Origin: the human T2T-CHM13v2.0 reference genome, Homo sapiens
Strand: one strand, 5' to 3'
NCBI RefSeq assembly: GCF_009914755.1
Contig: NC_060931.1
DNA length: 64,000 nucleotides
The translations under genes were made by a program, and so were the position numbers. Under the pieces are notes generated by a model, which ran no database searches, had not been told where the DNA came from, and saw only the letters and a list, made by a program, of their open reading frames with translations. Shown in pieces: positions 16,025 to 29,189 of the stretch (its first letter is position 1; each line of letters begins with the position of its first letter).

Positions 16025-16440
16025 ATCATAGTCAGTTCCCTGCCCATTTCCCTTTGGGTCCTTTATCTCTTCTATGAGTGGCAGTCTGACTCCCCACCCA
16101 TACTGCCATCTGTACTGGAAGGCTGTCCTCTGTTTCCAGAACCTTCTTTGCCAATGCACAGCTGACCAGAAATGTCTGGGGGCTAGCATGTCTCTGAGAG
16201 CCTTTGCCAGTGGGTTTAATACCCTAGGTTGCTCAACTTGGCAAGAATAATCCTGAGGCATGTCTTTTCACCTTTTCTCAGAGCTGACCTGGGGATTGTG
16301 CTCCAGAACAACTTGACGGCCTGCTTTTCCCTTCCTGTATCATCTCCACAGTCCTCTGCTTGTTTTTCCTGCAGCTCCCAAATAAACAAAGGGTGTATCA
16401 TCCTTTTCTCAGGGTCTGATTCTCTTAGGGTCACCTAATT
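16025..16440 (+). mobile_element. ERVL LTR (LTR16 family), 5' LTR of a truncated provirus
   Basis: 'tcctgaggcatgtctt...gcttttcccttcctgtatc...ctcccaaataaac...tctcagggtctgattct'; directly followed by ERVL internal sequence. Confidence 0.75.
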
Positions 16441-17850
16441 AAAGGAGTTAGAAATTGTTCTAGGAAACAGATCCTCAGAGAGAACTTTGGGGTTGGGTCT
16501 TGGGGCTGGCCAGATAGCAAAAGACTGCATTGCTGGTGGTAGTCGGGATAATGATAATCTTTGACATTCTATAGCATAACCATTAATGCCCTTTTCACCA
16601 GTGGTGAAATGAAATGGAATATCTGTGGAAGAGGATGCAATATCACTGATATTTAAGAGGTATGGTGGCAACGGTCATTACAGACTGTGGAATTCTTTCG
16701 TTGTTTTAAAATTCTATTAATAAGCGAAATTAAAATGCTGACAGGCTCAAATCCGAAAACAGATACCTTTTCCCGGTGGGGTGGGAGGGGCCAAAGGGGA
16801 TCTTTGACAGTATTTAAAGATTCCTTCATCTCCTGCAACTAGAGGGCAGATCAGGACAAAAACTAGACCCAGCACCTAATTGTGAGAGTAGGTGAGTTAC
16901 AGAGAAGGCATGATTCCTAGTACTTATGTCTCCTCTGCTGAATAAAGGGCCTAGGTGCAAAAAGAATGTGCCCTGGCTACCTGGGAGGGGAATATCTGAG
17001 CAGACACACTTGAGAATACTTAATCCCCCATTCCCTTGAATCCTCCAAGGCTGCAGAAGAGGTCTGCTTCTCTTGCCTGGAGACCTTGCAGAGGCCTCTG
17101 CTGAGATGGATGCTTCCCCCAAGTTGATAATGGAATTTTCCAAGATTTCCCTCCACTTCCCCTCATCATTTCTAGACTAATAGCTGGTATAAAGTTTAGT
17201 AAATTACCTCCTCTGGGAAGAAAGGGATTCTTCCATCCCTCACCCCCTCAAAAAAAAAACTATAGTTCTTGCAAATATGTACTGACAGGGCCCCAGGAAT
17301 GAGTTTTGAGGGCACTAGATGAATGGAGGGAAGGTGTTGAGTGGCATGCAGAATATAAAGCTATACAGGGGAGAGTTTGTAAATATAAGAAACAATCTAA
17401 TGGTACAGTATGCAACATACTGACAAGGACACCTGGAGCTTGTTCTAATTTGCTACTAAAATGGCTCCCTGAAGCTTGGGGAAAAAAATGCTGGCCTCTA
17501 ATAAATGGATGGAGATGCTGAAATGCCTTGGCAGAATAGTGTGGAAGAATTAAAAATCCTTAGAGAGGTAGGCGTGCTAGAATGAATTTATTCACTATCT
17601 GACCTATTTCTCAATGAGAGCCCAGAGGACTCTCCACTTAGTAAATCAATATGGGATGAGCTAGTAAGGATGGCACCAACACTGTGTCCTTTCTAAGCCA
17701 GGGTCGATGGAGGGGACACTGCTTTGGAACTGGACTCCCCAGAGTCAATGAGGACAATAGGATTCAGGCACAGCAGAACCCTGAGGCTGGCATTAAACAT
17801 TAAAGAAAAATTGTAAGTAGCTACCAAAGTGTAGCAAAGCTGCAATGGCA
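16441..17850 (+). mobile_element. ERVL internal region (ERV3-16A3_I-like) with decayed gag
   Basis: Leader 'ttctaggaaacagatcctcag...ggccagatagcaa...tgctggtggtag'; translated pieces NLLLKWLPEAWGKKCWP and MPWQNSVEELKILREVGVLE*IY (17523-17591) resemble ERVL Gag. Confidence 0.75.
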
Positions 17851-18194
17851 AACACATTTGTATTTTGCAGCATCTAATTATGATTTTTACGTAAAACTTA
17901 ATACAAACCTACCTACATTCATTATCATAAACTTAACTGCATATCAGTATCTTAAAATAATCTTCCCATATTAAATGTTTGTGAAAAAGAAATCAATTCT
18001 AGTCATCAGAGAGCCCTTGTAATAAATATGCAAGAAAAACAAATTATTGACATTTCCTGGAAAGGTGAACATTAATTTTGTTATACAAATTTCATGACTG
18101 AATATTTAGTATTGATCTTTCCAGGCCAGAGTTTTTTTCAACTTTATTTTTATCTTCAAATTTTTACTTTCTTTAACATGTGTCTTCATGATAT

Positions 18195-18831
18195 TGAAGC
18201 AGCGTCATTTGTCTGGGGTGATACAGAGGTTCGTTGTCTCATGGCCACAGAAAACTAGGACATGGACACGCGAAGAGTGAGGTTCAGAGCAGAAGTTTAA
18301 TAGGCAAAAGAAAGAGAAGAGCTCTCTTCTGGGTTAAATGCAGCAGGTTTTATAGATGATCCTGAGGAGACAGTGTCTGATTTACATAGGGCACAAAAGA
18401 TTGGTTGGACCAGGTATGTCATTTGCATAGGGCACAAAAAACTAATTAGGACTAGGTGTGCCATTTGCATATGGCGCAAAAAGCTGGCCACCCCCACCCT
18501 GATCTTTTATTATGCAGACGGATTTTCTACCTTGCCAGCGCCATGTTGCCTGTTTGTTTACTGTACACCTGGTGACAAAGAAAAGGGAAGATAGAGCCTC
18601 CATGTTGAACCTACCTGGCCCCCAGGTAGCTCTTTTCTATTGGCACAGCTGCTGGCATTCACCCATGCAAGCTTCCAGCTTGCTTATCTATGTCTGCAGC
18701 TCAATTTTTCAGGCTGCTCTTTGTTAGAAAAGAAATGATTTGGGGGCTGCTTTTTGTTAAAAAGGGAAATTGCACCAAGGACTCTTGCCCTTACTATCTG
18801 CCTAAACAGTTTATTTCTATCTCCTGTATCA
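18195..18831 (-). mobile_element. ERV1 solo LTR (MER51/LTR25/MER83-like)
   Basis: TG...CA termini, 4-bp TSD atat (18191-18194, 18832-18835); reverse strand starts tgatacaggagatagaaa. Confidence 0.88.
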
Positions 18832-18880
18832 ATATTCCATGCTTCTCTGATAGAAAAAAGTATGTATGCATGTGAGTATG

Positions 18881-18938
18881 AGATGTTACCACTGTTCACT
18901 AACAGGACTGAAGATATTACCACTGTTCACTAACAGGA
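18881..18938. repeat. 31-bp tandem duplication
   Basis: agat(g/a)ttaccactgttcactaacagga at 18881 and 18912. Confidence 0.92.
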
Positions 18939-19642
18939 GTAAATTGATTTATATTCTAGTAAGAAACGCATATAACAAACCATCCCAGTCCCTTTTTGGG
19001 TATTTCTTGCCTAGGAGCCACTTTATGCCAAGAGAAGTGATTTATTGGCATTATAGTGTTAAATATTCCCCCATTCTGCTTAAGTGGCCGTATTTAAATG
19101 AAGTTTAAGTACTCCAGAACCTGTGGAAGCATTAGCAGTCAAGTGGGCCAGTGCTTTCTATTTTTCAGTGTGTGTATTTGGGTAGTAGATGGCATGCATT
19201 TGTACTTATGTGTGAGTCTTCCTGTGTATTCTAGTGTTCTCAAGGCATAACAAGGTACACATTTTATCAGGTTTACTTAATATTTTTGGCTGGTAGACCC
19301 CCTATTAAGGTGATTATTTTCATTTTAAAATTAATATAAATTTATTTTGGGAAATCCAAAAATATATCTTGTTTAAAAATATCACGAACATCTTTGCCTC
19401 TTTATAGTAATCCAAGTGTGTTTTAACTCACTTCTTTGTTTATTTGTTGTATTTATATATTTGCTTTTTATAGTGATTATGCAACTCCAAACGCTTCCTT
19501 TTCATTTATGAAAATGATATATATATATATATATTTTTCCAAGAGCTAGCGTCTCTTATATAATATTTAATGGCATTATAAAAGCTCACCGAATGTATAT
19601 ACTATAATTACTTAGCCATGATTCTATCATAAACAGAGATTC

Positions 19643-20181
19643 TGTTATCAGTCAGGGTTCTCCAGAGAAAGAGAACCAATATAGATATATAGAGAGATAC
19701 AGATATAGAAACAGATTTATAAAGAGATTAATCATGAGGAATTTGCTTACTTGATTTTGGAGACTGAGAAGTCCCATGATCTGCCCTCTGCAAGCTGGTG
19801 ACTGAGGAAAGCCAGTGAGTTAGTTCTAATCTGAGTCCAAAGGCCTGAGAACCAGGAGGCTGATGGTATAAGTTCTAATCCAAGTCCAATGTCTGAGAAC
19901 TGGGGAGAAGATGGTATAAGTTTCAGCTCAAAGGCAGGAGAATATGGATGTTCTAGCCCATCCAGTCAGGGAGAGAGAGTGAATTCTCCATTTCTCTGCC
20001 TTTTTTCTTCTATTCAAGCCTTCAACAGATTGAATGCTTCCCACCCACGTTGGGAAGGGAGATCTTCTTTCCCCAGTCTATTGATTCAAATGCTCACCTC
20101 ATCCAAAAACAGGTATTTGTTTAACCAAACATCTGTGCACCCCTTGACCCAATCAAGTTGACACATAACATTAATATCACA
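19643..20181 (-). mobile_element. MLT2B-like ERVL solo LTR
   Basis: 'tcagggttctccagagaaa..gaaccaata', 'gagaagtcccatgatctgcc', 'tcaagttgacacataacattaatatcaca'. Confidence 0.92.
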
Positions 20182-20339
20182 GGACACAATCCTACTGATT
20201 GTTCAGAATTATTCTGTCATCAGTATTTGTGCTTATTTTATCTTTTTGTTCATGTTTCAGAGTTTATAATTAATTTCTTATAATAGATTTCCAGATATGG
20301 AATTACCAGATCAAATTGCATAATTAACTTTAAATTTTC

Positions 20340-20635
20340 AGCTGGGCACAGTTGCTCTTGCCTGTAATCCCAGCACTTTGGAAGGCTGAGGCAGGAGGAT
20401 CACTTAAGCCCAGAAGTCGGAAGACCAGCCTGGGCAACATAGGGATTCTCTGTTGCTACAGAAAACTTTCTAGAAATTAGCTGGGCGTAGTGGCACACAC
20501 TTGTGGTCTCAACTACTTAGGAGGCTGAGATGGGTGAACTCATGAGCCTGGGAGGTTGAGGATGCAGTGAGTTGTGATTGTGCCATTGCACTCTAGCCTG
20601 GGCAACAGAGTCAGACCCTGTGTCAGAAGAAAAAT
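20340..20635 (+). mobile_element. AluJ
   Basis: J diagnostics 'ggaggatcacttaagcccag' and 'gggcaacatag'; heavily CpG-decayed. Confidence 0.93.
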
Positions 20636-20699
20636 CATAATTGTCTCAAATTATTTCTGGAATAATTTTATCATACTATATTTGACCACACATTTATTA

Positions 20700-21660
20700 T
20701 TATGTATGATTTCATATGCTTAATTTTAATAGAATAAAAATTTATATTTCATTTTCCCCATGTGCTTATTAACGATTTATATGTTCTCTTTCTTTAAACA
20801 TCAGATCATATTCCTTGGCCACTTATCTATTGGAATTATAGGATTTTTTGATTGATTTCTGAAGTCTTCATTTATTAATATTGTTACTATTAATAATATT
20901 GATATTTCATCTAATGTGACCTACTTAATTGTATTAACTTTGTATTCTTTTTGAACAAGGTTCTAACTTGATGTACCAAAAATCCATTTTTACTGTAATA
21001 TACTTAAAATGATAACCATCTCATTATCTTGTGATTTAATGAATTATTATTTTTATTTCTCCCTGAATTCATGTTTGAATGTTTGCATCTCATATCTTAT
21101 TTTGGAATAATATATGAGTTGAATATATAAATTCATTATTTTCTAAATAGCAAACTGATTACCAAAACAGTTTTATTAAATAATCTGTCTCCTTCTCACT
21201 GGTTTGTGATACCTCTATGACTGTAGTAGTTCTCATGGAAGATAAGGTCTAATTCTTATAAATATGTTTTGTAGTGTTCATCGAGGTCTATCTAATTTTG
21301 TTAGTACCATGTTCACTTAAGTATTATAGTTTTATAACATTTGATGTCTATTATGTCTTGCTCCTCATTTTAATTTTTTGAAAACTAGCTCTCCTCATAT
21401 GATTTAACATATGGAATTTGAAATTTTAATTTCCAGTTTTTCAAAAATTATTTCTTTTATTTATAATGAAATTACATTAAATAAATAAAATAATTTAGCA
21501 TGAAGATATATTTAAATATACATCCCTCTTGCTTGAAGCATGGTGTATCTATCCAACTTCTTAAGTCTGCTTTAATTCTCTCTATATTTGGTAGTTTTCA
21601 TTAAATATACACTAGACGTGTTTCATTGAGGTTACTTTTAGGTATTTTGTTACCACAAAT
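20700..21660 (-). mobile_element. Decayed L1ME-type ORF2 fragment
   Basis: T-rich antisense L1 phrases ('ttagtaccatgttcacttaagtattatagttttataa', 'aagcatggtgtatctatcca'). Confidence 0.55.
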
Positions 21661-22059
21661 GGGAATGCAATTATAGGCAAAGCAAGCAGAAACATACGGC
21701 TTTGATGAAAGCTCTAATCTCAACACTGTCCATATATATTTGACCACATCATTAGACCTATAAAAGTTTGCATTCAGGCAATACTCCAGATTTTATTTGA
21801 TCTCATTTCTTGTTTTGAGCCATCTGGCAAGTATTCACAATTATTGATGGCAAGAATTTCTCAAACTGGATCAATAAAATGTCTTCCTTCCTAAATCCCA
21901 GTGGAATACACTGAGGACTGTGGGGAAGCTGATTTACTTAAAGATTCCGACAGTTCTGTAGAGGAAGTAAGAATGGAGGAACTAAAAGCTCTGTCACAGG
22001 CTCACTGTTCCATCTATACTTTCCCTTCCTCATCTCATTCTCACCCTGAGCACCAACCA

Positions 22060-22620
22060 CCATATGATGTAGCTGCTGTCCAAATATAAATTTCTAGTCC
22101 AGGTCCTCTGATGAACCATAGCATAAATATATCTTCACTCAGACAAGCTCAATTTGTCCAAAACTGAACTCAAAATAATTTTGCTCAAGTAGGTTACTTC
22201 TGCATTCTATATGGGCAATGGCACTACTATCCCCCCAGCTGGTTATGCCTAAAAGAGACTATCTTAGTTTTTTGTTCCTTTTTATTTCCCCAAGAGTGTA
22301 GTCTCCACGTCTCCTTAACATCTCCTTAGTGCAGAACCTCCTCTGCATCCTATCTGCTACTGCCTTGGTTTAGGGCCCCGTTTTCCCTCTCCCAGGCCTG
22401 AGCAATAGTTTCCCCACACTTCCTCCTCTATAGTCAGCTACTCCCACCATCTATCCTTCCCACTTTAGACAAAGGGAACTTTCTAAGAAGCAAATCATTG
22501 TTGTTGACTTTTTCTCCCTTCCAAAATACTTCAATGGCTCATTATTAACTTAAGGAGAAAAAGTATTCTATTTACCTGGACAACTATATAATATCTTGCG
22601 TATTACTCATCCTGCTAAGT
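22060..22620 (+). mobile_element. L2 LINE remnant
   Basis: 'tgtccaaaactgaactca', 'aatggcactactatcc', 'aatacttcaatggctc'. Confidence 0.7.
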
Positions 22621-22654
22621 AACCCTTAGTTAAGTGAAAGCATTTGCATTGCTA

Positions 22655-23015
<361 letters not shown>

Positions 23016-24354
23016 CTAGGAAACCTGAGGGAATCAGCACAGTTTATACCAGAATCCAGCTCCCACTCCGGGAGAGATAAGAAGAAGACTACTACTGAGG
23101 CTTAGGACAGTGTAGAGGAATGAGGAAAAGCGACCTAAAATTTTCGTGTCTGGGAGAAGAGGGAATGAGCAGTGGCTGAGGGGAGCAGGAGGTCAGCATG
23201 GAGAGAAATAAGGAGACAGTTTTGGTGGCCAGCTCAGGGGCTGTGTGAAATCATTGAATGGGAGTCTCACCAATGGCAGAAGCCAAGCCAATGCCTGATT
23301 TTTGTGCTTACCTTCAAACTGCCTGTTCCTCTTCTTCCTGTCTTCAGTGGTTTTCCATCAACAGCATGCCATTTGTGGTTCATTCAGAAAAATGGCATTC
23401 TGGCCCCATGACTTTGCTTACTTTTTATACAGGCCACTTGGCATGGCCATTCTCCAGTCCCTTTTAATGGTCCAAAACATTTAGAAGACTAAGAAACAGA
23501 GAGTGAAGTGAAATTAAGTCCTGAAAGAGCCTTGTGTATCAGGGAAATCCTCAGCACTCCTACTTGGAGGGACGGCACTGCGATTAAAGCACTTCAGTGA
23601 CATGTGCATACACTTAGCTCTCCAATGTGACCTGTTCCTGTGACCTCCCTTGCTTCAACCTAGTCACCTGTTCTAGTTACCCGTAGATACACCAGGTGGT
23701 GGGAAACTTTGACAACTTCACCAGCACTCTTCCTTCTACTGAGAAACTCCCTTCCCTATCCCACATAATTTTCCAGTGCACACGTTAATCTTGCAAGATC
23801 ATATCTTTTTAAAAAGTGTCTGTCTCTTACCTTGTCATACACATGTAAATAAAAAGGTGCAACAAAGTTTTTGGGTATTGACCCTCCCCACCATTCCACC
23901 CACCCACCTCCACTCACCTGTGGCTCCAGCCTCCGGAGCTTATCCATCTCTCTATTACAACAAGTACTCCTTCAAGCAAATGTTGAATAAATGAATGAAA
24001 GGACAAACAAATAAATCTGTTCTGTCAATCCTTAACAGCCAGCTGAAGGCTTAAATCAGAGAACTTAAATTGCCCCTGAAATAATCACTGCAATCTGTAC
24101 TACTCTTCAGACAATTCCCTATTTCTGTCAACCTACCCCTAACTCAATATTTAACTGATTTCTAACTTTGTGTCTCAACTACGTGATGCTTTCCAAAACT
24201 AGAATTACCTTGGCAGCTAGGTTTACAGACTTCAAAGAAACCTGATGCTGCTATGGATGGAAATAGGGGGCAAGCTGGTTTGTGTGGTGAGTGCCAAGGT
24301 TAAGTAAATAGACATAGTGGAGCCAAACATTCACCTGCATTTCAATAGGATCAG

Positions 24355-24358
<4 letters not shown>

Positions 24359-24394
<36 letters not shown>
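24359..24394. repeat. (AC)18 microsatellite
   Basis: Read directly. Confidence 0.98.
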
Positions 24395-24397
<3 letters not shown>

Positions 24398-25431
24398 TAA
24401 AGTTAGCGATTTATGCTATGAGAATGAGAATATTTTAGACTTGAGGAAACTCAAATTTAATAAAACCTGTAAGATGGCTGGCTATGACTTTATGTAAGCT
24501 GAATAAACATATCTTCATTCAGACTGATACTTCTGCCTTTCTTCTTTGAGTCTCTAATCATCCAAAGCCAACTTTTCAGTTCCTGAATGCTACAAATTAT
24601 CTTCTATGAAAGTCATTGTTTTGTCTATGAAGCTTATCATAACTTCAGGGAATTTCACATTTGCATTTCTGATGGACTACAGTCTAAGGTGTTAGAAAAT
24701 TGGTTTCAGCTTTCCCCACCTTTTTTTTTTTCCACTGTGAAGCAGCTCATTACAAAATAGACACATTTCTAAATCAAATACTCGAGTTATTATTGATGCA
24801 TGTAGAGAATAGAGATGATTTGGTTAAGAAATGCCTAAAAGTTACCTTCTTGTTCCCATGATTTTCTAGTTGATTGAATGATTTATATGCTCAATTCCAA
24901 ATTTAAATGTATGGTTTTTAATCATCATGATATAGTTAGTGGAAGGCTTTTAACCTTTACATTTAAGAAGCCCTTAGTACAACTCAAGCTTATTGACTTC
25001 TAAAGCTTAACATACAATATTTTTAAATGATTCAAGTCTATACATTTTATAGGTCTATAGTTTGAGCAATAGTAGAAGAATGTTTAAAGAGCCACTTGTT
25101 TTCCAATTACTGTATTCATGGCTCCAAGATAGGCATGAATCCCCACCCTAAAAACAAAACATGAAAAATTGGCATACTTTGAGTAGACTACCTCTGTAAA
25201 GTATTAAAATCTCCAAACCCAAAGCGACTCTAAGACTCAGTATAATTCATTTATTCGATGGCACTATAATGGGATTTCTTGCACAGTGAGAAGCAAGCAA
25301 ATATTATCTTCTTTAAGTTCTTAAATGTTTTATTTAGTATCCCTAAATTAGGACGGGAAACTAAACATTCACATAATCAAATATATAGGAGGGATCTGTA
25401 TATTCTGTATTTTTTGAAGTTTTTTCTACTG

Positions 25432-25604
25432 GCAGATAGCATCTCATTTTGCTGTGACGGGCATTAAGACTGTGATTTTGAGATATGGTCAACCAAAACT
25501 TCATGCAACTAATTCCATGCAGATAGCACCTCATTTTGCTGTGACGGGCATTAAGACTGTGATTTTGAGATATGGTCAACCAAAACTTCATGCAACTAAT
25601 TCCA
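25432..25604. repeat. 87-bp tandem duplication (2 copies)
   Basis: Copies start at 25432 and 25519; one internal mismatch (atctc/acctc) plus a junction base. Confidence 0.97.
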
Positions 25605-27967
25605 GGGTTTATAGCAGAAAAGAAATTGTTGTGTACCTCTCATTACAACTCTTAACTATTTTTAAGGTAGCTTATATGGTTGACTTAGGGAAAAGGATGA
25701 AGATCCAGAAGAAAAATAGTGAGACTTCAGGTGATAGAGAAAAAGAGTTACAAAATGTTCTAAAAGGATAAAGCCCAAAGGCTGTAGAGCAACACAGTAA
25801 TATTAAATCCTGGATTAAAGTGAAATGATTTAGGAGACTTTATAAGACATATCTGCAAAGCAATGCCTTTAGAAATATTTATTTAGTGAGCCTAATTATG
25901 TAAAATACTGAGAATTGGTGACAAAGTACAATATTGTCTCTTCAGATATATATTTAACAAAATTAGGGAGTTTTGAGTTCGAGCATTTATCATCCTACTA
26001 AAGCCTTTAGCACATAGTTAATTCCATGGCATGTATTATCCTGTCTTCCAGAGACAAGTACAATGGGATTAAGGAGGATGAATGGACTGTCTCACTTAGC
26101 CTGGGAGATTCAGGTGAAGTTTGTGCACAGACTTGAAAGAAATGCAGAATTTCCTAGGGTAGGCAGGAGATGGGGCTTGCGGTGAGGGAAGTAAATTTCA
26201 GAAAAAAATATCATGTGCAAAAAAGGTACACTGGTATGAGACAGCATGGTGTCTTTAAAAACTGTAGAGCAGTATTCCGATAGCATTTAGTTTAACTCCA
26301 TCATTATATTTTTAAGCTATTTTTTGTACTATACTTCTAAAACATGTTTCTATCCTAAGCGAACTTACACAAACACCATAACAAGGCAAAATTTGGCGCT
26401 AAAGTATAAGCCATAACACTACAAAGGCAACGCATACAGGAGATTTGATATGAGTGTTTTGTACATATTTCAATTATTAGCACAGGGTTAGATATAATTC
26501 ATCACTCAAAACTGATTGTTTTACTTGTACAGAAGCCAGTATGACTGAAGCTCTCTTTTCAGTCAATTAATGTCCACTTGCCTGCCAGTTTTTACCATAC
26601 ATACCTGTGCCCTCCATGAAGCTAATTCCCCAACTGTTTAGGAAATTCAAATGGAACTCCTAAATAGGTCACACACAGCTTTTGTTAATAAATTACCCAA
26701 CATATTTCAACCAGGTCAGGCTTCACAGCTATACATTTTTTAAAAAGTGTAAATTAACTCTTGACAAGGGAAATTCAAAACCATTCAAAGGCAAAGCCTG
26801 TGAATGAGACAAAGGATGAAAGGAAAATAGATGAAGTAATGCAATAGCCAGCTGAGGAGGAAAGGATGCCAAGTAGCTGTGACACAACAGCATGAAGCAA
26901 AGTGACTTCATTAATACTCTGCAAAGTACCAGAATGCTGCACAAGACAACACTTCGTTTCCAAACCAAACACAACCAGAGTTTACCACTATTGATTTTAA
27001 GTAGCAGCTGCCTAATTGCTAGAAAGCAGATACTTGAGCAGTTGTTGAGATATGCAAATGCAAATAAGCATTGTCACAAATATATCTGTATCACAGCGAG
27101 TATGGCTTTTGGTTTAGTTAGTTACACAATGATTGTGATATTTAGCCATCAGAGTAATTGAACTTTATAAAGTAATCAGCAGTAGCAAACAGGTATATAA
27201 ATAGCAGTTACTTAGATGATAGTCAAATCACAATTAAAAAATATATAAAGAACTTTATTACTGTGCTTTTATTTCCTAATTTTAAAAACATTTTAATCTA
27301 TTCCAACAATAATTTACTTTAAAATGATAATCTTTGTCACAAGAATGTTTATTCTATGAATATTTACTCAGCATCTTCCATGTTAAGTGTTTATGATGCA
27401 AAAAACAAAAATTTTCCTACAGTTATTTCTGTGTTGCTGACGTTAAAAGAATTCATAGAATAAACAGCTTAGGGAAAAATGATAAATGTGTAATCACACA
27501 ACTCCTTAGCATCGTTAAATATGTATCTGAAGAGACCATATTATATTATTCAACTCCCTCAAATTTAACAATCTAAAATAGTGATATATTTTGGCTGGTG
27601 AAAATTTTAGACTTGACATTCTACTGTGGATTATCAATTTCAAAGAATTACATTGCCAAGAATATGCTACAAATAATGTTCATGTTATACTGAACCTAAT
27701 CTAGTTTTGCCTCCACAAGTTCAGAAGATACTTCCAATCCTTTGTCAGCAAAAGCATCCATTTTAATTGAGCATTCTGTTCCATTTACTGTATATTTAAG
27801 TTGTTGTTATTACATAGCAGGAACTGTACTAGGAGAAGGAGACAGAAAGGTGGTGACATACTTTTCCTTTCATGGGGAAACAGTCTAATGGAGAGAAGGA
27901 CAAGTAAGAAACCACAAAGTGTATTTTGGTAAGTGTTTTGAGAGGAGCTCTTGAGGCTCAAAGGAGG

Positions 27968-28408
27968 AGTTGTTGGTTGGGTCCCCTGAGAAAGCAGGCC
28001 TTGAAATAAGGACTTGAATAGAATTAGTTTATTTGGGAAATGATTACAGGGAACAGTAGTAGGGAGCGAGGAAGCAAGACAGGAAAGAGATAGAGTCAAT
28101 TAAAGGTGCGTTGTCCAGCAAGTTCCCACCTGGCTGGCTGAAGCCTAATCCAACTGGGGAAGTTTGGGAAATGGTGTAAGACACAGTCTCAAATTTATCA
28201 CACCTAAGGGAGAGGGATTTGGAGTATTTATAACTGCCAGCAGTCCTTGGTTGCAGTCTATTCAGAAAGGTATTAATTCTCTTACGCTTATGATTTGCAA
28301 AGGAAAAGAAAGTCCTCAGACCAAAACAATAACAGCAACAACCAAAAACTGTTTTCGTTTGGAAGGAGGACCAGAAGGAAGGAATAAGGGTCAGGCACTG
28401 ACTCTACA
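27968..28408 (-). mobile_element. ERVL solo LTR (LTR16C-like)
   Basis: 'ttgggtcccctgagaaagcaggccttgaaataagga...gtttatttgggaaatgat...ggagtatttata'. Confidence 0.7.
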
Positions 28409-28659
28409 GGTACTCACTGATCTCTTATTGTTATGACTATGGAGTTTTCTTTACTTTATTCCCACATTTTTTCACTGCACTGGGACCTGCATTTTTTTTT
28501 TCTGTTTTGTCATTTGTCACGTTTGACTTTCTACTTTTCCTTAGTTAGGTCGTGAGACCAATCACAGAAATTATTTATTTATACATTTTCAAAATGTCTT
28601 TTCCTCTCCTACCCTTCTTCATGCTATTTCAAAAATTACACCACTGGATACATTTAAAT

Positions 28660-29170
28660 GTTCTTCCTGTTTTGCATCTAAACCCAGCAGTGAACTATCA
28701 CTAGAGAAAAACACCTGACTTCAGTGAACACCTGGTCTCAGATAAATTCATGACCACAGACCTCAAGTAGGTGCTGAGCACAGCCCCGCCATCCTCTTGC
28801 TACCCCCATCCTCCACTCCCAAACTTGACTATTTCATAATGGCTCCATGGTCAAAGTTTGATAACCATGCCTCAGCTGATAGTCTTGCCTCCTATTTCAC
28901 TGAGGAAATGGATGCTGTCATAAAACAAAATACTTCATTTTATCACTAACAATTCTACCTAATTATCATTATCTATGCCCATGAACTCCATTTTCCACCT
29001 GTTACAACTGATGAACTTTATTGCTACGGCCAAAACTTCCAATGATACACTGGATCTCATCCCTTTTTTTGTCAACTCAAGAACTTTATTCCTACAGTTA
29101 TCCATCTTTCCTAAAACATATATCTCTATATTTGTAGGATTAGTTTCATCAGCATTTGAACATACTCTAG
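28660..29170 (+). mobile_element. L2 ORF2-region remnant
   Basis: 'tcagctgatagtcttgcctcctatttcactgaggaaatg' translates SADSLASYFTEEM, similar to L2 ORF2. Confidence 0.7.
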
Positions 29171-29189
29171 GAAGTACCACAGTAATGTG

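Noticed and set aside
19825-19930. Internal ~50-bp repeat in the MLT2 LTR
   Set aside because: As I recall, it is intrinsic to the MLT2B consensus rather than a local event.
25361-25771. ORFs with internally repeated 29-aa peptides
   Set aside because: Artefact of the 87-bp tandem duplication, seen on both strands; no coding evidence.
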